Shown in pieces: positions 8,699 through 17,398 of a stretch of DNA of 64,000 nt (its first letter is position 1; each line of letters begins with the position of its first letter). Origin of the DNA: a virus. A model generated the notes under the pieces. That model made no database searches. It worked only from the letters and a program-made list of their open reading frames with translations, and had not been told where the DNA came from. The position numbers and the translations under genes are program-made. The stretch lies in IMG/VR virus record IMGVR_UViG_3300022934_000003; one strand, given 5' to 3'.

Positions 8699-8909
8699 AT
8701 CTAATGTGAGGATCTATATGGTCGTCATTATAAACTTCATCTCCAAGCGCCCTGATTTTTCTGGCTAAACCATTATATCTAAATTGCCAAGTATCAGCTC
8801 TTTCTTTTTCAGCTTCATACTTTCCTTTCCAATCAGTTTTTTTAAATTTTTCTGCTTGAAGTTTCCACCAGTTTTTTAAACTTGCCATATTATACTCCTT
8901 TAAACACAA
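8697..8909 (-). CDS. Hypothetical coiled-coil protein (likely start MASLKN at 8888)
   Basis: SD AGGAG precedes ATG at 8888. Confidence 0.55.
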   Translation of the reverse strand: MCLKEYNMASLKNWWKLQAEKFKKTDWKGKYEAEKERADTWQFRYNGLARKIRALGDEVYNDDHIDPHIR

Positions 8910-9193
8910 CCTGTGGGTTTAGGCAAACCACCATATTTAGTAATTGGTTTCATGGGACCTGTCATCCACATTTTGAATACTTCTTTTTTATCCATACCAA
9001 TTGCCTTTGCAAAATTACGAATAGCAGGAACAGCTGATGTATCCTCATAGATTTCTCTTGCTTTCATAATATGCTCAATTTTTTCATCAGTTAGTTCATA
9101 TCCATCTTCTTCTGCCATTGCATTCATAACATCGACAGACCATTCTGACATATCTAACAAATAACCGTCACCATCTCTTTCTGGTAAACTCAT
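8900..9193 (-). CDS. dsrC: DsrC/TusE-family sulfur relay protein, single C-terminal Cys
   Basis: RDGDGYL...W...MA..DG.ELT...P..R...GP...GLPKPTGCV. Confidence 0.85.
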   Translation of the reverse strand: MSLPERDGDGYLLDMSEWSVDVMNAMAEEDGYELTDEKIEHIMKAREIYEDTSAVPAIRNFAKAIGMDKKEVFKMWMTGPMKPITKYGGLPKPTGCV

Positions 9194-9225
9194 AATATAC
9201 TCCTAGGTATTTAATTAAAAAATAT

Positions 9226-9516
9226 TTATACTTCTTCAGTTGGTTTAAATTCTATTAACATATTTTTAAGATATGGATCACAACCTTTATCTTCTAATCT
9301 TGTCATCAACCACATCTCAAATGAGTCTTTGTCCTCGAATGTTCTTTTAAAGTAGAAGGTCTCGTTGGGTAACTCTCTTTCGAAAGATACCACAACAGGA
9401 CCAGCATATACATCTTTGATAAACATTACAGCTACAACGACATATGCAATTACCCCCATTAGCAATGCCGCTGCCCAACCTGGACAATTCTTTTCGTTAC
9501 AGCTTGAACCTATCAT
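9226..9516 (-). CDS. Hypothetical single-TM protein
   Basis: TM WAAALLMGVIAYVVVAVMF; SD GGAG. Confidence 0.6.
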   Translation of the reverse strand: MIGSSCNEKNCPGWAAALLMGVIAYVVVAVMFIKDVYAGPVVVSFERELPNETFYFKRTFEDKDSFEMWLMTRLEDKGCDPYLKNMLIEFKPTEEV

Positions 9517-9530
9517 AGATTTCTCCTATA

Positions 9531-9815
9531 TTACTTCTCTTGTACAGGGAAGTTGTAGTATGGTGATGCATAACCATAATTTTTATATGGATTATGCTGA
9601 TAAGATACAACGTAATCTGGATCGTCAACTTCGTTAATCATATTTACAAATTCAGTTGGATACCAACGTGGATCCATCATTGAATATGGATTAAACGAAA
9701 AGATACCGTTATCTTCTACATAACCATAGTTGTTGTTATTAAAAGGGCCAAAATCAAATGCTGAAGCAGTTGAAACGGCTGTTGCCATAATTGTTGCTAA
9801 TGCTAGCTTTTTCAT
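9531..9815 (-). CDS. Secreted sulfur-globule-protein-like protein
   Basis: Signal ending TASA-F; Asn/Gly/Tyr/Pro-rich low complexity; EDNGIFSFNPY..DPRWY core. Confidence 0.55.
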   Translation of the reverse strand: MKKLALATIMATAVSTASAFDFGPFNNNNYGYVEDNGIFSFNPYSMMDPRWYPTEFVNMINEVDDPDYVVSYQHNPYKNYGYASPYYNFPVQEK

Positions 9816-9927
9816 ATCTATTCTCCTATTAAGAATTAAATGATGCTCTTAAAGAGCGGGTTATAATAATTACGCTACTAGAGCGATTTTTTTACATGTT
9901 AGATAATCTAACTATGTTTGTTACTTT

Positions 9928-9935
9928 TATTTATA
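9928..9935 (-). promoter_or_regulatory. Late promoter TATAAATA
   Basis: Exact consensus upstream of the sgp-like/dsrC cluster. Confidence 0.6.
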
Positions 9936-10014
9936 ATACTAAATTACTATATTATAATATTTTAATATTAATTATTTTAATAATAACTATCTATTTTTTA
10001 AATAGTTAAATTAT

Positions 10015-10257
10015 TTAAGCGATAAACCAGCGATAGATTCCGAAAATATCTATCCAAAGAAAGAAAAAGTTTTGTGCAAACATTGGCCAATCTTTTTCTC
10101 TTGCAAAATATAATGATAGTAGTACATGTCCTACTAAGAACATCCAGAATCCCCATCGTGAAGATTCTATATTTGCTGAGAGGATAGTCCCAGCACTTAA
10201 AAACATTATTGTTGCTGTCCATTTTGCAAATGACTCATTCATTATAAGCTTGGTCAT
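10015..10257 (-). CDS. 3-TM PnuC-like small membrane protein
   Basis: KW.AT...G......N....GF..FLVG...W...AQN.F...ID..GIYRW pattern. Confidence 0.55.
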   Translation of the reverse strand: MTKLIMNESFAKWTATIMFLSAGTILSANIESSRWGFWMFLVGHVLLSLYFAREKDWPMFAQNFFFLWIDIFGIYRWFIA

Positions 10258-10451
10258 TATACTCCTGCATTTAATGGATGAGTAAGTTCATCTATCATTA
10301 GATAAATGTCTTGTTCTATTTCACACCAATCATCTTCTGAATAAAAGAAATCAAAATAACCTTCATCAGAAAGACGATTCATGATTTTACCTGAATCAGT
10401 CATTCCATCTTCAACAACAAATTTTTCAACAATTTTTTCAAAATTTCGCAT
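10257..10451 (-). CDS. Hypothetical protein
   Basis: SD AGGAG; first gene after an early promoter. Confidence 0.6.
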   Translation of the reverse strand: MRNFEKIVEKFVVEDGMTDSGKIMNRLSDEGYFDFFYSEDDWCEIEQDIYLMIDELTHPLNAGV

Positions 10452-10482
10452 AATATTACTCCTTATTGCATTATATAATCAT

Positions 10483-10511
10483 ATTATAACATAGTATACA
10501 GTATTTGTCAA
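10483..10511 (-). promoter_or_regulatory. Sigma70 early promoter
   Basis: TTGACA-N17-TATAAT. Confidence 0.8.
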
Positions 10512-10664
10512 CTATTTGTCTTTACCTCTTTCGCGATTAAAATGATCTTTTTCTTTTTGTGACATTTTAATGTATTTAGCAAAAGAAATGCATTCTACAT
10601 TACCATTCTTATCTGGTGTAGAACACCACATTCCACTTGATACGATATCAGAATTTTTTACCAT
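10512..10664 (-). CDS. 50-aa hypothetical protein
   Basis: Hand-translated MVKNSDIVSSGMWCSTP...; SD AGGAG. Confidence 0.5.
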   Translation of the reverse strand: MVKNSDIVSSGMWCSTPDKNGNVECISFAKYIKMSQKEKDHFNRERGKDK

Positions 10665-10676
10665 TTTTACTCCTTT

Positions 10677-10937
10677 TCATTTTATTTTGTTTTGTTTAAT
10701 GGGTTTATTACCTAAAGCCTTACGTGATTGTTTTTTAAATTGAGCATTCATTTTCTTTTGCTGTGCTTGCGCTTTTCTAGCTTGTACTTGCCCACGCTTT
10801 GTGTAATCAGTACCTTTTTTTGCTTTTTTATTAATTGTACGACGTACATCAAATATAATTTTAAATTTTGGAAGGATTTCAATTCTGAACCATCCTACTC
10901 TAAAATTAAATCTCATAATCTTATTGTTCCGTGACAA
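10677..10937 (-). CDS. Basic hypothetical protein
   Basis: ORF track; lies within a co-oriented operon. Confidence 0.45.
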   Translation of the reverse strand: MSRNNKIMRFNFRVGWFRIEILPKFKIIFDVRRTINKKAKKGTDYTKRGQVQARKAQAQQKKMNAQFKKQSRKALGNKPIKQNKIK

Positions 10938-11194
10938 GTACCATCATGACCAGTTCTTTGTCTATTTAATGGTCTCATGCCTGTACTAATTAAATCACCT
11001 AAACTAATATCACCAGCGGCTAATACTGCTACTAATAAATCTTGAGCATCATCTATAGTCATGTGAGTACATCCAGCACGACCACTTTGTACACAATTAA
11101 TGTTATGTTGAATATCATCCTGCCAAGTATCAACTTGTGGGATTCTAGTATCATCAGGAGTAACTCCCCAAACTAAAATATCTTTCATAATCAT
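10913..11194 (-). CDS. Hypothetical early protein
   Basis: Directly downstream of a conserved early promoter. Confidence 0.6.
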   Translation of the reverse strand: MIMKDILVWGVTPDDTRIPQVDTWQDDIQHNINCVQSGRAGCTHMTIDDAQDLLVAVLAAGDISLGDLISTGMRPLNRQRTGHDGTCHGTIRL

Positions 11195-11208
11195 TCCTTT
11201 TTAATTTT

Positions 11209-11246
11209 TATAGTTATATTATACACTAGTTCTAAGAAGATGTCAA
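11209..11246 (-). promoter_or_regulatory. Conserved 38-bp early promoter, copy 1
   Basis: TTGACATCTTCTTAGAACTAGTGTATAATATAACTATA. Confidence 0.9.
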
Positions 11247-11254
11247 GGCTTTTT

Positions 11255-11725
11255 TTAAAAAACTATGTATTTTCTTTGATCATCTACCCAATCATCAAAT
11301 GATCTGTCATCTTGTGGAATATATCTATCATCAGCACCAGCCATTGTATTAATTTTGTGCTTAATTGATCCATTTAATCTTCTACTTAAAGCATGTTTAT
11401 GAAAGTGAACTCCAACATGACCATCTTTAGGGTACCACATATCTACAATGTCAGTTTTCATAGCAAGCTTATCAATCATATTAAGAGTGTATCCTCCAAG
11501 ATCAGATTTTTTGGCTTGTGAACCATCAACATTATCCCAACCCCATTTAGGATGGTAGTGAACAGTATCAAAGATTAATGTTAACTTGTCATCATTGTGC
11601 ATAACGAAATCAGAATTACATGCGTCTAAAAGATCATTCATAATATCGTTAAGATCATTACGATTGTTGACTTTGAACCTTAATCTTGAAGCGTACTTGT
11701 CATTATCAGTAAATCTTTTTGCCAT
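11255..11725 (-). CDS. Hypothetical early protein
   Basis: Has its own strong promoter and SD AAGGA. Confidence 0.65.
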   Translation of the reverse strand: MAKRFTDNDKYASRLRFKVNNRNDLNDIMNDLLDACNSDFVMHNDDKLTLIFDTVHYHPKWGWDNVDGSQAKKSDLGGYTLNMIDKLAMKTDIVDMWYPKDGHVGVHFHKHALSRRLNGSIKHKINTMAGADDRYIPQDDRSFDDWVDDQRKYIVF

Positions 11726-11748
11726 TTTTAACGTCCTTGTTTATTAAA

Positions 11749-11786
11749 TATAGTTATATTATACACTAGTTCTAAGAACATGTCAA
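11749..11786 (-). promoter_or_regulatory. Conserved 38-bp early promoter, copy 2
   Basis: 1 mismatch to copy 1. Confidence 0.9.
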
Positions 11787-11839
11787 CTTATTTTAATAAT
11801 ATTTTTTTATTATTATAATAAATTATTTTTATAATTTTC

Positions 11840-11916
11840 TGGTGGGCCCACTAGGATTTGAACCTAGGACCAATGGATTATGAGTCCACTGCTCTAACCA
11901 ACTGAGCTATAGGCCC
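11840..11916 (-). tRNA. tRNA with CAU anticodon, probably tRNA-Ile2 (lysidine type)
   Basis: GGGCCTATAGCTCAGTTGG...CTCATAA...GGTTCAAATCC...GGCCCACCA; lacks initiator features. Confidence 0.9.
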
Positions 11917-11925
11917 AACTTAATT

Positions 11926-12801
11926 TTAAGGGAGTTTAATTTCTAAATTGTATTGATCTAAACACATGTCTTCTAGTGTTTTTGTGAGAGTAACTAAATT
12001 ACTTAGATCATCTACTACACTTGCTGTAGCATCACCTTCTCTACGAGGTGCAATTTCTTTTTCGATTTTAATACCTGTAACTTTTTCCATGCAATCAAGT
12101 ACTTCTAATACACTATATCCTTCATTACTTCCAAGGCATTCATATGGTGTATTTGCAGGACCTGTTTCTACTGCATTTACAATTGCATTAGTGAGATCCA
12201 AAATATGAATATAATCACGTATGCAAGTACCATCGCGAGTAGGATAGTCATTACCGTATATAGAGATTTTAGGAAGTTTGTTCGCAGCAACCATAGCAGC
12301 AACACGAATAAGATGGGTAGGAGCACCGAGCTGTCTGTTAACGCCATCAGTACCAGAAACATTAAAAAAACGGAAGATAGTATACCCATTTGCTTTCTCC
12401 TTAATAATATCTTCTGCTGCTACTTTACTTTTAGCATAAGGAGAAGCCATTTCCCAAGCACTACTTGTACTTGCAAAAATAAAATGGTCAGTACTTACGT
12501 TATCTAACATATTTGCAGTTCCCATAGCATTTACTCTATAGTATTCAGTTGGTTCTGACATACTTTGAGGAACAACACTACGTCCTGCTAAATGTACTAC
12601 AGCATCAAATTTACCACCAATCTGAGGATCGGTAATATCTATATTATACCAGTCTGGACAATAATCTGAAATATCATTATATTCACCATGAATATTAGTA
12701 TCCCATCCTGTAACATGATGACCATGTTCTTTTAACATTTTACATACATGACTACCGATATAACCAGTTGCACCTGTCACTAAAACATTTTTTACTTCCA
12801 T
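11926..12801 (-). CDS. galE: UDP-glucose 4-epimerase (extended SDR)
   Basis: TGATGYIG, HLAG...V..S, YAKSK, RFFNVSG, YPTRDGTCIRDYIH, RREGD. Confidence 0.88.
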   Translation of the reverse strand: MEVKNVLVTGATGYIGSHVCKMLKEHGHHVTGWDTNIHGEYNDISDYCPDWYNIDITDPQIGGKFDAVVHLAGRSVVPQSMSEPTEYYRVNAMGTANMLDNVSTDHFIFASTSSAWEMASPYAKSKVAAEDIIKEKANGYTIFRFFNVSGTDGVNRQLGAPTHLIRVAAMVAANKLPKISIYGNDYPTRDGTCIRDYIHILDLTNAIVNAVETGPANTPYECLGSNEGYSVLEVLDCMEKVTGIKIEKEIAPRREGDATASVVDDLSNLVTLTKTLEDMCLDQYNLEIKLP

Positions 12802-12823
12802 AATATAATCTATATTTTTTTTA

Positions 12824-13099
12824 TTAAGAAGGCATAACCAAACCTGTTACGGCTTGTGTATAACTCTTAGAAACCTGAGGAGCTGTTTCAGTTACAAAAA
12901 TTGCATTATTGAAAACTACTTCTTTAGGATTATCTTTACCTGTAAAACAAATACCACGAGCAAATCCAAGTTGACCTTCGTCATTCATTGTAATCATCTT
13001 TGGATTATCAAGTGTTATAACATTATTGCTCATAGTAACTAATTTACCAACATACTCACCTGAGGCTGTTTGTACTGTTACAATATCATTCTTTTCCAT
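12824..13099 (-). CDS. Sm-like small beta-barrel protein (start corrected to MEKNDIV)
   Basis: The track start overlaps tRNA-Cys; DIVTV...SGEYVGKL pattern. Confidence 0.65.
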   Translation of the reverse strand: MEKNDIVTVQTASGEYVGKLVTMSNNVITLDNPKMITMNDEGQLGFARGICFTGKDNPKEVVFNNAIFVTETAPQVSKSYTQAVTGLVMPS

Positions 13100-13125
13100 T
13101 TTTATTCCTACTTTTATAATTAAAC

Positions 13126-13201
13126 TGGACTTGGTGACAGGACTCGAACCTGCATAGAACGGATTTGCAATCCGATGCATAACCAATTCTGCCACACCAA
13201 G
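13126..13201 (-). tRNA. tRNA-Cys(GCA)
   Basis: CTTGGTG/CACCAAG acceptor, anticodon loop TTGCAAA, GGTTCGAGTCC, U73 discriminator, CCA. Confidence 0.9.
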
Positions 13202-13205
13202 AATT

Positions 13206-13283
13206 TGGCCTCGCCGGGAGGACTCGAACCTCCAACCTACAGCTTAGAAGGCTGTTGCTTCTATCCGCTTGAGCTACGGCGAG
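13206..13283 (-). tRNA. tRNA-Arg(UCU)
   Basis: CTCGCCG/CGGCGAG acceptor, anticodon loop CTTCTAA, GGTTCGAGTCC, CCA. Confidence 0.9.
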
Positions 13284-13287
13284 ATTC

Positions 13288-13737
13288 TTACTTCTTAAAT
13301 TTAACTGTTCTAGTTACACCATTTTCTGTGAATGTAACTACTGAATGACTATAAACTTCTTTCTTTTCTTTAGTATAGAGAATAACATCTCTACATTTTT
13401 CTACTTGTGTATAGCCAACAACATTGGTTTTGTTACTAACTGAATCAGCTCCAATAAGAGCACCAAGAACTGTTAATGCATCTTTACCAGATCCACCTCC
13501 AAATTGATTGCCAATAACTCCGCCAACAATAGCACCACCTAAAGTTTCAGAAGTAGTTGGTCTGCGAGTATGGTAAATAGGTTCTTCTACGATATTGCAT
13601 GTTTGTACAACTTTAGGAACTTTTACTGTTTCCGTTACAAAAATATCTTCAACATCGGCTGCATAAGCACCAGACGACAGCATTGTTGCTGCAATTGTAG
13701 TAAGTAAAGTACGTTTCATAATCAATCCTTTTTTCAA
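13288..13737 (-). CDS. Glycine-zipper 2TM secreted/outer-membrane protein
   Basis: Signal peptide; GGAIVGGVIGNQFGGGSGKDALTVLGALIGA. Confidence 0.8.
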   Translation of the reverse strand: MKKGLIMKRTLLTTIAATMLSSGAYAADVEDIFVTETVKVPKVVQTCNIVEEPIYHTRRPTTSETLGGAIVGGVIGNQFGGGSGKDALTVLGALIGADSVSNKTNVVGYTQVEKCRDVILYTKEKKEVYSHSVVTFTENGVTRTVKFKK

Positions 13738-13751
13738 TTTATAGTACCATT

Positions 13752-14117
13752 TTATACCATGTTTGTGAGAATGTCAACATAATTTTGCACAAAATTATTA
13801 GCATTATTGCTTGAAGGCATATAAAAACTATTATTTACCTGATAAATGCTATTATTTTCTATCATTATTTGCTTAACTTCTTCTAACATTTTTCCAATAA
13901 TATAGAGTACTTGATCAAATTCCAAATCTTTTGTACATACCATTAAAGTATATTCCTCTTCACCATTTTCATAGATTAGGCCATTTTTTCCATCATCGAA
14001 TGTTTCTGGCCAAGCTTCTACTGTTATTTTATTTGGAAAGATGTCTATTTGTGCACAAACATAATTAACAAATTGCTCTGTTAATATGGGATCTATGTTA
14101 TATGCTTCTACTTTCAT
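13752..14117 (-). CDS. Hypothetical protein
   Basis: Coupled to the gp52 stop. Confidence 0.55.
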   Translation of the reverse strand: MKVEAYNIDPILTEQFVNYVCAQIDIFPNKITVEAWPETFDDGKNGLIYENGEEEYTLMVCTKDLEFDQVLYIIGKMLEEVKQIMIENNSIYQVNNSFYMPSSNNANNFVQNYVDILTNMV

Positions 14118-15457
14118 TACATTTTATCCAAATCTTTTTTAAATTGATCATTTGGTGTAGTCGACTTCCAATATGCTAGTCGACTTTGACACTCTTTAAT
14201 CTCTTGTTGTAGTTCTTTAACCATTTCATCTGTTAGACTTAATATATTTATTCTAAGTAATCTATCAATATCTTCAGGAATAGCTTCCGTATTTAATTTA
14301 ATTTGATTAGCAACATCATCTTTTTTCTTATTTTTAAATTCAATTTTATTATCAAGTACTGCTTGAATAAATTGCATTTTAATTTTTAACCATCTTGCTA
14401 ATTCGCTTTCTTCCATCTTACGAAGATCAATTCTTTTTTGTAAAATACTTAAGCGATAATCACAAAAGTCTTTAACGAGCTGGCGTTCGTCAGTATATTC
14501 TCTAAGCTTTCCATCAAATCCAATTACAGTTAAATTTTCTGTAAGAGGTTTGCTTAATTTAAACTTAGAAATAACTTTATCATTATTCCAATTTGCTGAT
14601 GTATTTTGTTTTAACTTAACTTCAAATTGAAACCCAGTCTTATCGCATTGATCTTCATAAGATACGATGTCACCTTTATCTTCTAAAGCATCTAGTACTT
14701 TAACATATGATTCGCGATCATAACCATATGGAACCTCTGTAATTTGTAGAACCGTTTTACTTTTCTTTTCGAAATTACCTAATACGGTATACTTATTTTC
14801 AGCTTCATTGTACTTTACAGTTCCGCTGAACTCTGGAAAAGTTATAGGAATTCTACGAGCAATATTACCAGTATTAAGATACTCGTTACATGCTGTAGAG
14901 AGGTCACTAGGGTGACGTGGAAGAATATTTGTAGCAAATCCAGTTGCAATACCTTTAGTACCATTTGCTAATACTAATGGAATAACTGGAATATAAAATT
15001 TAGGTGGTTCATGTTCAGGATCATCATGTTTAGGTGCTAAGTCGACATCCTGAATATACTTATCAAAATTAGAATGAACTTTTGTATAAACATAACGAGG
15101 TGCACCAGCTTCTTGTACTAATCTTGTACCAAAAGATCCACGACCTTCAACTAAACAAACATTATTGTTCCATGTAGCAGCCATCAATTGACCAGCACCT
15201 GCAGCACTTGCTTCACCATGCGCATATCCATAATCAGAGATAATACCTGCAATAGCACTTACTTTCTTAAAATCTTTTTTAGAATTAAGTAGAGAACTAT
15301 ATAGATAAAATCTTTGTACTGGCTTAAGCCCGTCTATCATATTAGGAATAGCACGTGCTTCAACAGTATACATAGCAAATGAAAGCCATTCATTGCTTGC
15401 TACTTGAGAAATTGGATAATCTGTATTCATAGAGTTATTTGTCTTTAAATCATTCAT
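14117..15457 (-). CDS. DNA topoisomerase II medium subunit (T4 gp52-like)
   Basis: RAIPNMIDGLKPVQR, YAHGE, GAPRY catalytic Tyr, GIATGF. Confidence 0.95.
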   Translation of the reverse strand: MNDLKTNNSMNTDYPISQVASNEWLSFAMYTVEARAIPNMIDGLKPVQRFYLYSSLLNSKKDFKKVSAIAGIISDYGYAHGEASAAGAGQLMAATWNNNVCLVEGRGSFGTRLVQEAGAPRYVYTKVHSNFDKYIQDVDLAPKHDDPEHEPPKFYIPVIPLVLANGTKGIATGFATNILPRHPSDLSTACNEYLNTGNIARRIPITFPEFSGTVKYNEAENKYTVLGNFEKKSKTVLQITEVPYGYDRESYVKVLDALEDKGDIVSYEDQCDKTGFQFEVKLKQNTSANWNNDKVISKFKLSKPLTENLTVIGFDGKLREYTDERQLVKDFCDYRLSILQKRIDLRKMEESELARWLKIKMQFIQAVLDNKIEFKNKKKDDVANQIKLNTEAIPEDIDRLLRINILSLTDEMVKELQQEIKECQSRLAYWKSTTPNDQFKKDLDKM

Positions 15458-15498
15458 ATAATAATATTATAACATGTTTTAGTTTAATGTCAACAAGT

Positions 15499-17325
15499 TT
15501 ATGCCATCATATATTCTTTACGTAGCTCAGAATTTTTTCCAAACATCATTTGAAATATATTAGCATTATCAACTGTTACAACATCATAAACTGGTTTATT
15601 AATTATTTGATCATACTCGTTTTCTTGTAATGATCCTAAACCTTTTATGTAACGATGTTTCCAACCTGTCTGAGTCGACTTGAATTCATTAGCCTCTTCA
15701 TATGTATAAAACCATTTAACATCAGATCCTTTAGATGAAATCATAATTGGTGTACGAGTGATTTTAACTTTTTTCTCAGTTAATAATCTTGGCCAGAATT
15801 TATAAAAGAATGCAATAAGTAATGGACTAATATGTCCGATACCATCATGGTCAGCATCTGTTAATGTAGCAATATATTCATATGTCATATTATCAACAGA
15901 GTTCGGATTAGTGATATCGAGGCCGAGAACAGATACTAATTCACTTAATTCTTTATTTTTAAGAACTTCAGCTGGTTTCATATCCCACGTATTCATAATA
16001 ACACCACGTAATGGATATGCGCCTACCTTATCAGGATTTCTTACTTTAAGAAGGAATCCCATTGCAGAATCTCCCTCTACAATTTTAAGTGTTGCATTAT
16101 CAGTATTTGCTGCAATATGTTTTGCAACTTTAACTTTACGTAATTTCTTCTGTGCAAGAGTAGCAGCACGTCTATCTGCTGCAATCTTCTTAGCAAGCTG
16201 AGCTTCAATAATAGGATCAATAATAGAAGGTGTATTTAAAATCTTTTTAGCATAGAAAGATGCTTCTTTAATTCCAGCTTCAATTGAATGTTCCTTAACA
16301 TTACTCATTGGATTTGTTAGACGTTCTTTTGTTTGAGAATCAAATTTAGGATTTGTAAAATTCTTTGCAAACATTACAAATGTTAAACCATTCTTAATAG
16401 TCGACTTTGCAACTTCAATTTTATGTCTACGCTTAATCATTGCACCTAATTCATCTAAAACAATATTAGTCATGTAGTCGACATATGTACCACCCATGCG
16501 AGTGTTAACACCATTAATAAATGAATTAGATCTAAATCCATCATCGGATGCAGAGAAAAAGAAAGATAAATTATCAGTCTTTTCAATAATTGCTTCTTCG
16601 CCAAATAACTCAGAATATTTTTTAAGATTATTTACTTTAATACGACGTTTATTAAATGAGAATGCAATTTCTGGGAATGCCATTTGTAAACTCATTAAAC
16701 GATCTTCTACTAAATCAATCGTATCTAAATCAAATAGATTATCAGTTTCATATAAACTAAAATCTGGAACAAACATAACTTCAGTACCAGATCCTACAGG
16801 ATATTCTCTTTGTTCTACTTTAATATCCTCACCACCATTTTTACAAGTAACTTGAACCAATTTACCATTGGACCACGTTTTACCTACAAATTTAGTCGAC
16901 AAAAAGTTAGTTGCTGCTGAACCTACACCATTTGTACCAATAGTAACTCGTTCATCATCAAATGAAGTACCAGCATTTACTCTTGTCCAAGCAGCGACTG
17001 GTCTAAGAATTTTATCTTTAGTTGTTTCATCAAAGATTTCATCTTGTGGAATACCACGTCCATTATCTGTAATTACAACAGAATTATTATCTCTTATAGA
17101 AACATTAATTTTATTTCCATATTTAAAATTAGTACGAATTGCTTCATCAATAGAATTATCGAGAATTTCATCAATCATTTTAGACAAAGCAGGAACATAA
17201 GTATGTTTATCCCACTTACCTAAAACAAATCTTTCAATAACTTCTTGAGAAGAAGAACCCATATACATACCAATACGTTCTCTGACGTGCTGGCGTGCGG
17301 TTAATATTCTAAAATCTTCAGACAC
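15499..17325 (-). CDS. DNA topoisomerase II large subunit (gp39+gp60 fused)
   Basis: EILDNSIDE, DNGRGIP, GTNGVG, EGDSA, PLRG, TDADHDG, YIKGLGSL. Confidence 0.95.
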   Translation of the reverse strand: MSEDFRILTARQHVRERIGMYMGSSSQEVIERFVLGKWDKHTYVPALSKMIDEILDNSIDEAIRTNFKYGNKINVSIRDNNSVVITDNGRGIPQDEIFDETTKDKILRPVAAWTRVNAGTSFDDERVTIGTNGVGSAATNFLSTKFVGKTWSNGKLVQVTCKNGGEDIKVEQREYPVGSGTEVMFVPDFSLYETDNLFDLDTIDLVEDRLMSLQMAFPEIAFSFNKRRIKVNNLKKYSELFGEEAIIEKTDNLSFFFSASDDGFRSNSFINGVNTRMGGTYVDYMTNIVLDELGAMIKRRHKIEVAKSTIKNGLTFVMFAKNFTNPKFDSQTKERLTNPMSNVKEHSIEAGIKEASFYAKKILNTPSIIDPIIEAQLAKKIAADRRAATLAQKKLRKVKVAKHIAANTDNATLKIVEGDSAMGFLLKVRNPDKVGAYPLRGVIMNTWDMKPAEVLKNKELSELVSVLGLDITNPNSVDNMTYEYIATLTDADHDGIGHISPLLIAFFYKFWPRLLTEKKVKITRTPIMISSKGSDVKWFYTYEEANEFKSTQTGWKHRYIKGLGSLQENEYDQIINKPVYDVVTVDNANIFQMMFGKNSELRKEYMMA

Positions 17326-17398
17326 TAAATTTTGCTCCGTTTTTAACTTATAATAAATAATAACATAACTTTAAAAAAATGTCAACAGGTAAATTTCA

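Noticed and set aside
11209-11786. 38-bp direct repeats as a CRISPR array or att sites
   Set aside because: They are 540 bp apart with a gene between them and consist of -35/-10 promoter boxes.
11840-11916. Initiator tRNA-fMet
   Set aside because: Paired G1-C72 and no run of three G-C pairs in the anticodon stem; the sequence fits Ile2 better (elongator Met not fully excluded).
13100-13195. N-terminal extension of ORF 12824-13195
   Set aside because: It overlaps tRNA-Cys; the real start is the ATG at 13099.
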